The notes under the pieces were generated by a model. That model ran no database searches and was not told where the DNA came from. It saw only the letters and a program-made list of their open reading frames with translations. This document shows positions 7,606 through 7,700 of a stretch of DNA of 7,700 bases, in pieces. The translations under genes were made by a program, and so were the position numbers. The first letter of the stretch is position 1. Every line of letters starts with the position of its first letter. Source of the stretch: Fonticula alba ATCC 38817. Taxonomy: Eukaryota; Protista; Nucleariida. The stretch lies in the NCBI GenBank assembly GCA_000388065.2, contig KB932215.1, one strand, 5' to 3'.

Positions 7606-7700
7606 GTGCGCTCGCTGTCTGCCGCCGTCGCCGTATCCATGCGCCGCCCCCGTGGGTGTGGTGTGCTCGCTCGCCTCCTCTTGTTCACCCCCCCCCCCCC

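Noticed and set aside
1-7700. CRISPR arrays, mobile elements, rRNA/tRNA, prokaryotic operon features
   Set aside because: No spaced direct repeats, terminal inverted repeats, transposase/RT motifs or RNA-gene signatures seen; the DNA is clearly spliceosomal-intron eukaryotic.

Overview
GC-rich, intron-containing eukaryotic DNA from a draft assembly. It resembles a unicellular holomycotan/opisthokont such as Fonticula, but the taxon is inference only. Two N-gaps (3103-4018, 916 N; 6778-6787, 10 N) split the window into segments A (1-3102), B (4019-6777) and C (6788-7700). Manual splice reconstruction supports three + strand genes, none captured correctly by the ORF track. (1) The 3' part of a gene for a >=710-aa protein (6 exons, 2-3037) with a presequence-like N-terminus, a dynamin/mitofusin-like G-domain layout whose G1/G3/G4 motifs are all degenerate, a helical stalk and two C-terminal hydrophobic segments. 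It is a candidate dynamin-superfamily pseudo-GTPase, possibly Mmc1-like. (2) A SURF1/SHY1 gene whose exons are out of order: exons 2-4 at 4046-4676, exon 1 downstream at 7232-7605, joining in phase into a 245-aa protein. (3) The first ~223 codons of a listerin (LTN1/Rkr1) gene, cut off at the 10-N gap. Segment C (>=913 nt) nearly equals the 916-N gap in length, so the simplest reading is a misplaced contig (true order A-C-B). Ten of 11 introns start GTGCGY, and branch-point motifs often lie far from the 3' splice site.
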